Part shown: positions 14,150 through 26,665 of the stretch, one piece after another | Layout of the letters: every line of letters begins with the position of its first letter | Position numbering within the stretch: position 1 is the stretch's first letter | Source: Eledone cirrhosa | Taxonomy: Eukaryota | Reading direction: 5' to 3' | Length of the DNA: 64,000 bases | NCBI GenBank assembly: GCA_964016885.1 | Contig: OZ024743.1 | Span: 146,630,001 to 146,694,000 of the forward strand | The notes under the pieces: generated by a model | Told to the model about the DNA's origin: nothing | The model's input: only the letters and a program-made list of their open reading frames with translations | Database searches by the model: none | Position numbers and translations under genes: made by a program

Positions 14150-14430
14150 ATGTTAGTTCTGACGTTGAGTGTTCCAGTTTGAACAAAAAAATAGTCTGCT
14201 CAAGAAATTAATGTATTAATGAATGACCACTCAACAGGCACATACAACTTTATTGTAGCTCTCAGGGAGATTTAGTGTGGCACAGGAATAATTCAGTGTA
14301 ACAAGGCTGCTCCTTGTTTCATTACAGGTATAACTCAGTTTTGCTAGCTTTGTGGACTAAAGCAATGTGAAAACAATTGCCTCACTGAACCAGGAACCAA
14401 ACTTAAGACCTTACTATCATGAGCTGAATA
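14150..14430 (-). mobile_element. Degraded SINE (family C), homologous to 23545-23850
   Basis: Shares ctgctcaagaaattaatgt...ctctcagggagatttagtgtggcac with the reverse complement of 23730-23820. Confidence 0.5.
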
Positions 14431-14510
14431 CACTGTCAGTATTGATCACACATAATCAAAAGCAATCCAGCTAGTACCATCCAGTCTTTTCTTGCAACAT
14501 ATATCTATGA

Positions 14511-14731
14511 GAGTGGTGGATTGGCAGTATCAGTAGTGCGTCGGACAACATACCTTGCAGCGTAGACTTTATGGCCCTTTACGTTCTGAGTTCAAATCCT
14601 ACTGAGGTTAGCGTTGCCTTTCATCCTTACGGGTTTGATAAAATAAAGTACCAGTCATGCAATGGGTTGAATGAATTGACTTTCTCCTCCTGCCAAAATT
14701 GTTGGCCTTGTGCCTAAATCAGAAACAATTA
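14511..14731 (+). mobile_element. SINE family A (long form), 11-bp TSD, nested in a family D repeat
   Basis: TSD tatatctatga at 14500-14510 and 14730-14740; A and B boxes present. Confidence 0.9.
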
Positions 14732-15394
14732 TATCTATGACTATATTGCCTAATGTTTCATTTTTTTAAAAGACCGTAGTGTGTGTGTGTGATTTAAGAA
14801 AGAAATGGATATGATTTTAGCAGGCTGAGCAACTGTGTGGAAATTCCCTCATTGGGGTTTTGGTGGGTGGGTTGATGAAAGCAATGAAGCTGGTGGATTT
14901 GAAGTCATAGTACTTGCCAGTGGTTTACAAAAACTCAATGGCATATGGTGGTGGTATATTTTCCTATGGTGGCAATAGATATAAGGATACTGGTAGTAAC
15001 TAATGTTGCCAGTAGTGTTGTGGTTATTATTGCTGTTGTGGTTGTGGAGTTGGTGGTGGTGGGATTGCTGTTGAGATAGTGGAGTTGGTTGTGGCGGAAT
15101 GGCTGTGGTGGGAATATTGGTGAGGGTGAATAATGTTAGTTAGTATTAATGACATTAATATAGTTCACATGTGTTTTTGCTATACCTGGAATTGTGGTTA
15201 GAACATGAAATTTAATTCCTATTAAATTATCAAACAAGGTTTTCGACCATTTGTGAAACAATTATGTTATTAATTGCACATACATTAGTAGTTTGTTACT
15301 TCTTTTGTTTGTTGTAGGTATTAATGCTAAGACCATGCTAGAGCATGACAGCTGATTCTAATTTTAAAATGGTAGTTACATTTATTGTTTAGAA

Positions 15395-15671
15395 CAGAGG
15401 TTTCCAGAGAGATCTGCCTACATGCATATTATAAATAATATATAATAAATAAAATTGTCAATTTATATATAATAAATAATATAATATATACTATGTATAA
15501 ATAAGTATTATATATTTTTTATTTTACTCTATATATAATATGTATCATTTGATATTTAATATACTATTATATCATCTCTACTGCCTTCCCACCCCTTAGA
15601 CCCCCAGCATCCCGTGGACCTTCTCACTGCCCCCCCCCCCCCGGGGGTAGTGCCCACTTTGAGAACCTCTG
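15395..15671. mobile_element. hAT (Charlie-like) MITE
   Basis: TIRs cagaggtttcca / tgagaacctctg. Perfect 8-bp TSD gtttagaa at 15387-15394 and 15672-15679. Confidence 0.85.
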
Positions 15672-16040
15672 GTTTAGAAGAAGGTCAACACTTATTGAAA
15701 TGACTCTATAATCAGGCAAGAAGCTCAGCATGGTCATGGCAATGAAACTAAAGAATTATTCTGTCTTTTTATTTTTCATGGAATATGTTATACTTCTCTT
15801 TTTTTAAAAAAAAACAGTAGTGTGATCTGGGTGAGATTTATTGACTCTTTCTAGTAGGCTGAACGACCACATAATGGCAATACTCATAATACTAAGTTAA
15901 TAAAGTTATTATGACCGAGTGGAATCATTTTAGGAACTTATGAAAACTTCTTATTTCTTACTTCTTAACTTGATCAGATATTGATAGCTGAACAACTATG
16001 ATAGAATAGATCTGAGTGTCTGGTTTGGACAAACTAATTA

Positions 16041-16225
16041 CTGACTTCATATTCCCATTCTGATGACACATATGCACACACATACATGTGCATTCACACA
16101 CACACACATACACACACACACACGCACACATACACATACCCACACACACACATGCACATACACATACACACACACACTGACTTCATACTCACGTTCTGAT
16201 GACACATATGCACACACATACATGT

Positions 16226-16274
<49 letters not shown>

Positions 16275-16647
16275 TACACATACCCACACACACACATTCA
16301 CATACACATACACACACACACTGTCTTCATACTCCCATTCTGATGACACATATGCACACACATACATGTGCATTCACACACACACATACACACACACACG
16401 CACACATACACATACCCACACACACACATGCACATACACATACACACACACACTGTCTTCATACTCATGTTCTGATGACACATATGCACACACATACATG
16501 TGCATTCACACACACATACATACACACACACACGCACACATACACATACCCACACACACACACATGCACATACACATACACACACACACTGACTTCATAC
16601 TCCCATTCTGATGACACATATCCACACACATACATGTGCATTCACAC

Positions 16648-16678
<31 letters not shown>

Positions 16679-17035
16679 TACACATACCCACATCCACACA
16701 CACACATACACACACACACTGTCTTCATACTCCCATTCTGATGACACATATCCACACACATACATGTGCATTCACACACACACACACACACATACACACA
16801 CAGACGCACACATACCACACATACACACACACACACGCACGCATACACATACCCCCACACACACACATGCACATACACATACACACACACACTGACTTCA
16901 TACTCCCGTTCTGATGACACATATGCACACACATACATGTGCATTCACACACATACACACATACACATACACACACACACTGTCTTCATACTCCCGTTCT
17001 GATGACACATATGCACACACATACATGTGCATTCA

Positions 17036-17078
<43 letters not shown>

Positions 17079-17312
17079 TCTTCATACTCCCGTTCTGATG
17101 ACACATATGCACACACATACATGGGCATTCACACACATACACACATACACATACACACACACACTGTCTTCATACTCCCGTTCTGATGACACATATCCAC
17201 ACACATACATGTGCATTCACACACACACATACACAGACACACACACACACACATACACACACATACACACACACGCACACACACACACACGCACACACGC
17301 ACACACACACAC
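16041..17312. repeat. Minisatellite, 10 units of ~88-170 bp
   Basis: Core ctg(a/t)cttcatactccc(a/g)ttctgatgacacatat(g/c)cacacacatacatgtgcattc plus variable (CA)n, starting ~16041, 16176, 16321, 16453, 16588, 16719, 16892, 16980, 17076, 17164. Confidence 0.92.
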
Positions 17313-17417
17313 ATTTTCTTTCTCTTTCTCTCTCTCTCTCACTCTCTCCTTCCATGTATCACTCTTTCTCACTCTGTTAGAGAGACTAGTAAGTTGAAGA
17401 GCCTTCTACACATAACA

Positions 17418-17460
<43 letters not shown>

Positions 17461-17714
17461 GCTTATCCCTCTTTTATGCAGACATACACACATGCACACA
17501 TGCACCCGCACTCAAACACATACAGAGAAAGACAAAAATAAAGGAATAGAGCAAAAGAGAAAGAGGGAGGTGGAGGAGAGAGAAAAGGTGTAATGAGTGG
17601 CAAGCTGTTCTAATCACACAGACAATTTTTTTCCTATGTCCGTCACAAACTCCAAAGGCTCCGGATATCATTAGAATGTCTTATACATACATGTATTTGT
17701 GTGTGTGTATAATT

Positions 17715-17812
17715 GTATAATATATATATATATATATATATGTATTTTATGTGTATACATTTGTATATGTATTTTATATGTATATAAAGAAATATATATA
17801 TATTTTTATTTG

Positions 17813-17845
<33 letters not shown>

Positions 17846-17917
17846 ATGCATATATGCATATATATATATACACACACACACATACATATACACACACACA
17901 TATATATATACACACAT

Positions 17918-17964
<47 letters not shown>

Positions 17965-18079
17965 AATAAAAATATATATTTATTTATATACATATGATAC
18001 GTTATATATACAAATATATATATTTACTCTAATCAAATAATATGTATATACATATATATATATACATATAGATATATTA

Positions 18080-18112
<33 letters not shown>

Positions 18113-18155
18113 AATTATTTGTATATATATATACACACACACTTATATATATATA
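17715..18155. repeat. (TA)n/(CA)n microsatellite block
   Basis: Seen directly. Confidence 0.93.
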
Positions 18156-19570
18156 TGCATGCTTAAGTACACACAAAAACGCGTGTGCATGTGTATATGG
18201 GTATGTATATATGTATCTGTATGCACGGTTAGTTGAATGTGGAAAGATGCAGAGACAAAGTGTGAGGTGTTGAGTGTGGATAACATTTCTAATCTACAAC
18301 ACTCATTTACACATAGAAACACTTACAAATATTGTATGTATGTATTTCATGCATTGTTTGTATATATATGTGTGTGCATCTACATATATAGCTAAAAGCA
18401 AATTTAACACAGTCCATATGTTCGACCCTCACTAAATCTTTTTATCTTGATTCTTTCTTCTCGTGTGATTTCCTTTCAGTAATTATGCCTTATAAGCAGA
18501 GTAAAAACATGCAGCAATAGAAGACAGACTGAGGAATAATGGACATGAAAGACCTCTGCTGGTATCTCAGCTGAAAATTAGCCAATCTGTTTGTGAGGCT
18601 TAATAGGCTGGTTTGCTTTATGTTAAAAAAAAATAAAGAAGAAGGAGGTTTAAAAACGAAAAGAAATTCTAAAACACATCTCACACTAATTTCCAACCAG
18701 CAACTTTCAAGATTAGACATTAGTGCTTTAACTGTGAATGACTGTGGTGCTTCAGCGGTTTGGAGTTCTTTGGTGTGTGGGAGGGATGATCATAAGGTAG
18801 AGTTGATTGTTGACTCTGGGGTATTATGCTTTGCTGTAATGTGGTGTGGTGAGGTGCTTTTTTGACAAGGTGTTATTTAGTGCTTGTAATGTCATGTTTA
18901 TTATTAGTAAGATATAATGATGTGTGTGCTATGGTGTGGTTTGATGTGGTATAGTGTTTGTAAGGTGATGCGGTGTTGTATATGGAATGGTGTAGTGTGC
19001 TATGGTATGCTATGTTGAGTCCCATAGTGTGGTAAGGTATTATTTTATGTGGTATGGTGTGATGTGACATGGTGTGGGCTGATGTAGGATACTAATGCAG
19101 TGACATGTGGAGTAGTTTGTTTTTGTAAGGTGTAGATTTAAATATATTGGTACTGGAAATAACATTATCTATGAGTACAGATACTGAAAAGAATATAATA
19201 AATAGTCATGCTAGAACACAATGTATATTAGAATATTTAAGGTAAATTTACTGTAGATATAAACTACAGGTTTGGAATTAGAAGTCACTGCTTTGAACAG
19301 AATGTAAACACTTTCAATTATTCCTCTGTATACAGAAAACCAACATAAATTAGCTCAGCTGTGACCAGGATTTTAGGACTCATTCTCAACACCTGGTTTC
19401 ACTCTTCACTTGATATACCCTCATATTGATGGAAGCTGCTCTCATCCACACAAGTGAGATTAACTACCCCCCCCCCCTGCTCACTCACTTCTTGGACATC
19501 CCTTACAAACTACATTTCTTCCCAGTCTTCTACCATACCTTTCTTATTTTACATCCTACATTAATTCTGT

Positions 19571-19845
19571 GGAGGTACATGGCCTAGTGGTAACAGTATT
19601 GGACTTACAATCATTATGTTGTGGGTTTGATTCCTGGGTTGTATGTTGTGTTCTTGAGAAAAACACTTAATTTTACATTGCTCCAGTATACTCAGCTGAA
19701 AATGAGTACCAGCAATAGCTGGGGGTTTAACCCTGTGATTGACTGGTGTCCTGTCCAAGGGGTAGTCTTGTACTCTCAGTCGCTTCACATGAAACCGAGA
19801 TAAGCACTGGCCAAATGGGACTTCTGGCTTAAGACAGACTTTAGA
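19571..19845 (+). mobile_element. tRNA-head CORE-type SINE (family B)
   Basis: A box tggcctagtgg, B box ggtttgattcc, CORE-like tgtgttcttgagaaaaacacttaa. Head homologous to 63417-63555. Confidence 0.75.
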
Positions 19846-20203
19846 CTTTTAGACATTTCTGATCCTGCTACTGCTTACTTCTTTCTCAAAACAGCCTTCC
19901 TTGCCTTTAAGTATGCTTGTGATCCTCATGTCCTTCTCATTCATAGCTCCTTACCCAGGACTTCATCTAGTCCTCCTTCCTGTTCTTATACCATTGTTAC
20001 ATCACATCTCTTCATTCCCACTCAACACTCTCACTGTTCCAATCAATCATACCATCGATATCTCTCCCCCCTTTACCTGCATCACCATCAATGGCATATA
20101 CGCCTTTTAGTTTTCTGCTGATCCATTTACATCAGACAAACAGGCTGCTGGCTGATGGACTAATTTGCAGAGCACCTGAGAGCCACAAGTGTGTTTATCC
20201 CAA

Positions 20204-20298
<95 letters not shown>

Positions 20299-20299
<1 letters not shown>

Positions 20300-20615
20300 G
20301 GTGCAATCTTGGCTACCCTCTCTGACAAAACTTTATCGTACACATCAGTTGCTAGTGCACTTCTTAATACATATCTTGATTAACTAGCAACATGATCGCT
20401 AATTATATGCAAATTAGTACATTCATTTCAGAATAATACTAAGAGTGTTTGTGTATATAAGCCTGTCAAATATGTGTTTCCTTGTGGTTGTTTGGATGAT
20501 AGGCAGGCCTTCTGATGAGGGCTGAATTAGGTTCAAAAATTGATTAAAGGTGTTTCTCATTTTTTCAATTTACAGGGAAATTCATATTTTCTGGCTTGTT
20601 TACATGCCTACATCG

Positions 20616-20655
<40 letters not shown>

Positions 20656-20740
20656 TGGTGCAGTCTTGGTTACTCTATCTGTATGCATACGGATATAACT
20701 TTATCATACACTTTAGCTGCTTAGCGCACTTCTTAATACA
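20299..20740 (+). mobile_element. Partially tandem Penelope-like relic with a decayed hammerhead motif
   Basis: ~70-bp direct repeats (20299-20370, 20656-20740) bordered by microsatellites. gcctt-CTGATGA-gggct..aggttc-AAAA-attgat-TA-aaggt at 20507-20551. Confidence 0.5.
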
Positions 20741-20779
20741 CACACACACACACACTCACATATATATGAAGATATATAT

Positions 20780-21520
20780 GAAGTACGCAAGAATGATGAC
20801 TGCACTGGCATGGATATGTGGGGCATATAGAAGGTGACAAATATACAAAGAAGTGTAGAAAAATCTCAGTGGATGGGATCTGGGGAAGACATGGTATGAG
20901 GTAGTGGAGTTAGGAAACTGACCCTCACAACATAGATGACAAAGGACTGCAAGGATTGGTGACGTGGTATTGGGGAAGACTAACCTATAAAAACAAGATG
21001 CTTCTTCATTAATACCTCCTCATATATGCATCTTCTTATGTAGATGTGACATGGCCTATCCTGATACATTCATACCCTATCCCCTACACTCTTATTAACT
21101 ACTCTTATCATCACTGTACATCACCCCTGGTCTCCTTCACTTCCCACTGCCAAATCCCATCACACATGACATTATACCTATATCCTTCCTTATCCTCCAC
21201 CCACTTATTTTCATACACCCATGACTTCATACTTTCTACTCTCTCACTCCTCAAACATGGACACCCTGGGACAAAGTAGTTCCTAACCCCATAAGGTAGA
21301 GAGGATACTTCAATTAAGTCAATGACTGACAACTTCTCTAATACTAGGGCCATGAGAAAATGTTCTATGTCCTTGTTGTAAAGTGATAGTGCATAAAATG
21401 TACCTAGTACAGGCTGTAAAGTTGTTGGCATTAGCAAGGGCATCCAGTCTCAGAAAGTGACGACCAGACCAACCCATGTCAGCATGGAAGACGGATATAA
21501 AATAGTGGTGATGATGATAA
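20780..21520 (+). mobile_element. Highly degraded RTE 3' end and UTR
   Basis: ctgcactggcatggatat...ggggaagacatggtatgagg (RLRWYGH/KTW-like); gggcatccag motif; ccatgtcagcatgg hairpin and (TGA)n tail. Confidence 0.5.
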
Positions 21521-22414
21521 TGGTGATTCTGATCATAATTTAACATTTGTTTACCTTGCTAGCAAGGATTGGATCAGTTTGGGCATTAAAAATTGAAAAA
21601 TCTTGGATGCTTTAAAACTATATATTTTCCTTAACCTATTTTCTTATTTGGAAATCAAATCTCAAAACGATTTGTTATTTTAAGCTAATTGCTTTCCAAT
21701 ATTTCCAAGGTTTCAATGGTCTATCATTAAAGCAAAATAATATATAAGAAATTTTTAGCTATTGTTTATAGATAATTTTTAATTTTCAATTAAACTTGTG
21801 ACTTACACCAATAAATCTTGCACTGAACAAGGCCTAACACTTAAAACAGGCACTAGATTAAGTGGTGTCAGAAAGGAGTTGAGAAAGCAACATTTTCTTT
21901 AATGGAAGATTTAAATATTTTTTTTATAGTTATTTATTCATTAATATTTGTGTGTTTTTTTGCTTACATTTTCTTCATATTTTTCTTTATATTTATGTAA
22001 TTTTAATCTCAGTTGTTGTCATGTTTTATTTCAAAAACAACATTTAAACTATAATAGAATTGAGTATATTGCAAAAGAGGAGGTAGAATATAACAAATCA
22101 TTGATTCTCATATAAACCTGGTTTCTTGTGCTTCCTAAAGTTTTTGGTAAGAACTCCTAAACATTTCACTTAGAAAGTTCTAGATATTCTTTGTATTTAT
22201 TATTATTATTTTTTATGTTCCTTCTTTCCTTTATTCATTCATTATTCTCTCTTTCTCTCCAATGTGAAGAACTCAAAACTGTTTTTTTGTTGCTAATAAT
22301 TGAAATTTCAGAAATGTTACTAGATTTGAAAATTGTTAAGTGTTTTGATCTTGAATTAATGTAATTATTTACTTAACATATACACACACAGAGACACAGA
22401 CTGATAAATCAACA

Positions 22415-22598
22415 TATATATATATATATGTAATATACATACACACATATATACGTATTTATATACATACACACACATACACACACATATATATGTATAT
22501 ATATATATGTGTGTGTGTGCATACATCCATATATATATATGCATGTATGTATGTATATTACATATATATATATATATGCATGTATATATATTCATATG

Positions 22599-22677
<79 letters not shown>

Positions 22678-22722
22678 ATTCATATGTATATATATATATA
22701 TATATATATGCATGTATGTATA
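22415..22722. repeat. (TA)n/(TATG)n microsatellite block
   Basis: Seen directly. Confidence 0.93.
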
Positions 22723-23299
22723 TAAGTAGATATACATATGTGTAATGTGTAATTACTTATATATACGTCTATATCTAAGTGTAAATGAATGTAATTATCC
22801 ATGGATATATACAGATGCACACACACATTTACAAAAGGATGCATATTTGGATGTATGTTTGTTTCTTTATGTATGTGCATATCCAAGTGTATGTGGATGC
22901 ATAATGGATGTCTTCGTAGACTTTCCCTTCTTTAAAAATGTTTAAACTATTTAAAAATATTTAAAATATTTTGACTACATTTAGATTGATTTGATTGCAA
23001 GTTGCTAATAGATTTCACACATATCAGAGACCCTGTAAAATGTCAATGTAGAGTACTTTTAAATTTTATGTAATTTCAACACATAAGAATGAGAACTGCC
23101 ATGCTGAGAAGGACCCATCCAACCCATGCAAGCATGGAAAAACACGTACAAATGGTGATGATGATGATTATTTATATAAATGGAAAGTTAGTCTATTTTT
23201 CTTGAAACAATGTATTGCAACGCCTCTATTTCCCAGCTTCCCTATGCTGACAGTGTGGGTTGAGTGGACAATGTTTCACAGGCATTCAACCTTACTAGA

Positions 23300-24345
23300 A
23301 TATAATGATAACATTAAAATCATGGATGGAGTCACAGTCTTGATAAATGGTGATTTCAAGCAAACTTTGTTGATTATTCTAAAGTGTACACATGACTTGG
23401 GAGCTTACCTTGAAGAATCCTATATTTTGAGAGTTGCATATAACAAAAGAGTTTAACCAGCTCAGTCTCCAAATGTTTTGCTACAACTGAGCAATAGTCA
23501 AATACCAGTTGGCATTGAAAGCCTAGATGTCTCAGTACTCTGGATGCAGCAGGGCTGAATGGTGAAAGAGTTCACTTCACAATCATTAAGTTTGATCGAT
23601 CTACATGGCATCTTGGGCAAGTGTTATTTAGCATAGATTTAGCTCAACCCAAGCATTATGAGGGAAACTGAGTAGGTGGAACCTATTTGGAAGCCTGTTG
23701 GATAAATAGTACCAGCCATGCCACACACTATGTCACATTGAATTTCTTTAAGAATTACGTTAAGGGTATACTTGTCTGTGGAATGCTCAACCGCTTACAC
23801 ATTAATTTCATGAGCAGGTTATTCTGGAGAACTGATCATAGAAATCAATGAAAGTCCATTCTAGTCACATTACCAATACATCCAGGAAATGCTATTAAAA
23901 GTTTATTCTAACTTCTCATGGAATTAGAGAAAGGAAAAGTGGCTTTGTAGGTATGCCATCCTAGTTCTCAAAACACGTCAGCATAATTCAACAACTAATA
24001 GGCCAATCCAGATAGTATATAGCAGTTGACATTAACAATGTTCTCAACTATCCCATGCAGTTTCTCAATTCACTTCAACTCACTGTCATTCTACCTCATA
24101 ATTTGCAACTGAAAGTGGGAGCACACATTATGTTGTTCCAGAATTTAGATGCCCTAACATTATAATACACTATGTAATTGAAGCCACTATTATGGCAGGT
24201 TGTACAAAAAGAAAACACTTTTATTCAATGTATTCCAATCAACACATCAGATATATTATTTCAGTTGAGGCATCTCCAATTTTCAGAGACAGTATCATTT
24301 TCTATGACCATCAACAAGTCTCAGAGAGGGACACCCTGTTAAAGT
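23300..24345 (+). pseudogene. Decayed Helitron Pif1-family helicase fragments, interrupted by a SINE
   Basis: Manual translation gives GVTVLINGDFKQTLLII, KWLCRYAILVLK, NYPMQFLNSLQLTVILPHNLQLKVGAHIMLFQNLD, VIEATIMAG and IPINTSDILFQLRHLQFSETVSFSMTINKSQ. These are collinear with Helitron helicase motifs GDFRQ, LPPHxLxLKVG and FAMTINKSQGQ. Confidence 0.85.
23545..23850 (+). mobile_element. Degraded SINE (family C) inside the Helitron relic
   Basis: gctgaatggtg head, cttgggcaagtg CORE-like motif, gaattacgttaagggtatacttgtctgtggaatgctc body. Confidence 0.55.
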
Positions 24346-24879
24346 TGCTGAAGTTCAACTGATATATATGACATAGGGCCAACATCATCAATTCATTGAA
24401 GTACCAAACTACAGAACAATAAATTTTGTTCACCCCAGAGCTAACTAACACAGATTTCTGATGTGTGTTACATATTATTGTAGACTTATACGATAACATA
24501 CAAAACAAGAAACAAAGAGATGATTTTCTTGGGCTACTAGATTAAAATTAACATTAAACACATTCTCAAATGCTTGACACATTATTAGAAGACTTAACCA
24601 TTTTCAAATTAGACAACGTTCACTTGCTCTAGAAAAAAAAAAAAAATTCACAGACAAAACTATATAAAAACTTGCTATTAAGTTATTTAGGTTTAACAAA
24701 AAAGTGTTTCTCCCTATTTAGCATGTGGTTCAAGGTGGCTCTCACTGCTAGTATATTCTCCTCCTCCACTGGTCAGTACTCAAGTGAAGCCACTGACCTC
24801 CATGTGGGCTGGTGTTTGCCATACGATCGTACTCTTCCCCAAGTGCATGTTATCATGGCACCAACACTAGGGAAGCTGT

Positions 24880-25775
24880 CAAGTCCTAAACAGTGATGAT
24901 GTAAAGGAAAAGGGAGAATTTAAACAAGACAGTTAGAATAACACATTGAATAGATGGAAGAAAAAATGCATGGTCAATTCTTATGTGAAATGCCTGAGAC
25001 AGTTGACAAAGATAGGAACTGCGAATGGACTAGGAAAAGTGACTTAAAAGCTGAAACTGAGGTCCTTATATTTGCACCCCAGGAACAGGCACTGAGAACA
25101 AGCTATATCAAGTTCAATATTGACAAGTCAGTGAATTCCCCACTTTGTAGGTTGTGTGGTGAGAAAGGTGAGACAATAAACCACATTATTAGTGAATGTA
25201 AGATGCTTGCTCAGAAAGAGTACAAGAGAAAGCACAACAACATTGCCAGATTGTTTCACTGGAAGCTCTGTCATATGTATGACATGAGCAGAAGTGAGAA
25301 ATGGTTTAAACACCAACCAGAAAGGGTTGCTGCTTGCGGGACATGGCCATCAGGTGCAACCATTTTATCATTGCTAGAAGACCTGACATTGTTGTCGTAG
25401 AAAAGAAGAATAACAAGGCATGTGTTGTGGATATTGCTTCACCATGGGACCACAGGGTGAATGAGAAGGAAAAGAGCTGAAGAGAGAAATCAGGAAACTA
25501 TGGAGAATCAGACATGTAGATGTGGTACCAATTGTGGTTGGTGCACTGGGAGCAGTTAGTAGAAGGTTGGATACATGGCTTGTGAAGCTAGGAATTACCA
25601 TCAGGACGGGTTTGTTGCAGAAAACAGCCTTGCTGGGAACAGCAAGGATTCTAAGAGAAAGTTGAAGGCGAAAGAATGACCCAAAGGACCTTTGGCCATT
25701 GGCTATGGCTCGCTCTTTTCGTATAGTGTCGGTATAACATCTGCCAGTGCAAAAGTGTTATGAGTAATAATAATT
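24880..25775 (+). mobile_element. R4/Dong-like RLE non-LTR retrotransposon, 3' fragment ending in (TAA)n
   Basis: MHGQF, QEQALRT, CCHC CRLCGEKGETINHIISEC, KHN (RHD/RHN-equivalent), RRPDIVVVEK, VVDIASP. Followed by (TAA)n that is split by a SINE. Confidence 0.9.
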
Positions 25776-25974
25776 ATAATTGTTTCTACTTTAGGCACAA
25801 GGTCAGCAATTACCCAGTGCATTACTGGTACTTTATTTTATCGACCCCGTAAGGATGAAAGGCAAAGTCAACCTCGGCGGGGTTTGAACTCAGAATGGTG
25901 GCAAGGGCCGTAACTCTATGCATCAAAGCATGGCATTCGACCCTCTACCGATACTGCCAATCCACCGTCATAAC

Positions 25975-26029
<55 letters not shown>

Positions 26030-26642
26030 TCAATTTAATATCTTTGCAAAGACATTTACTCTTGTTTGTGCCCTTGTGGCATAGTTTGTGTGACAATTGA
26101 TTGTAAAATGCGTGTATTATCAAATTTTCCTCAGGTGTCAAGTTGACACTTGACATGATTTGGAAAGAAGCAGAACTCAAAGGAAGTTTCAAATCATGAT
26201 AATAATAATGATTTCTACTATAGGCACAAGCAACAATTTTTTGGGGTAGGGGAAAGTCAATTAAATTGACCCCAGTGCATTAAGGTGCTTTATTTTATCG
26301 ACCTTCTAAGGATGAAAGGCAAAACTAACCTCAGCAGGATTTGAACTCAGAACGTAAAGGGCCGTAACTCTATGCTGCTAAGCATGTTGTCCGACGCTCT
26401 ACCTATTCTGCTAATCCACCACCCTAATGATAATAATGATAATAACAAGGCCATTAATTTTGGGGATGGGAAATTCGATTAAATCGACCCCAGTGCGTGA
26501 CTGGTACTTTATTTTATCGACCCCGTAAGGATGAAAGGCAAAGTTAACCTTGGCGGGATTTGAACTCAGAATGGCAAGGGCCATAACTCTATGCGTCAAA
26601 GCATGGCGTCCGACCCTCTACCGATACTGCCAATCCACCGCC
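25776..26642 (-). mobile_element. Cluster of three co-oriented SINE family A copies (25776-25968, 26205-26424, 26446-26642)
   Basis: Each matches the family consensus and abuts an (AAT)n run. Confidence 0.88.
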
Positions 26643-26665
26643 ATAATAATAATAATAATAATAAT

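Noticed and set aside
16041-17312. CRISPR-like look (constant repeat plus variable spacer) and CTGATGA in each unit
   Set aside because: Spacers are CA tracts, there are no cas genes, and the context is eukaryotic. No GAAA follows CTGATGA, so it is not a hammerhead.
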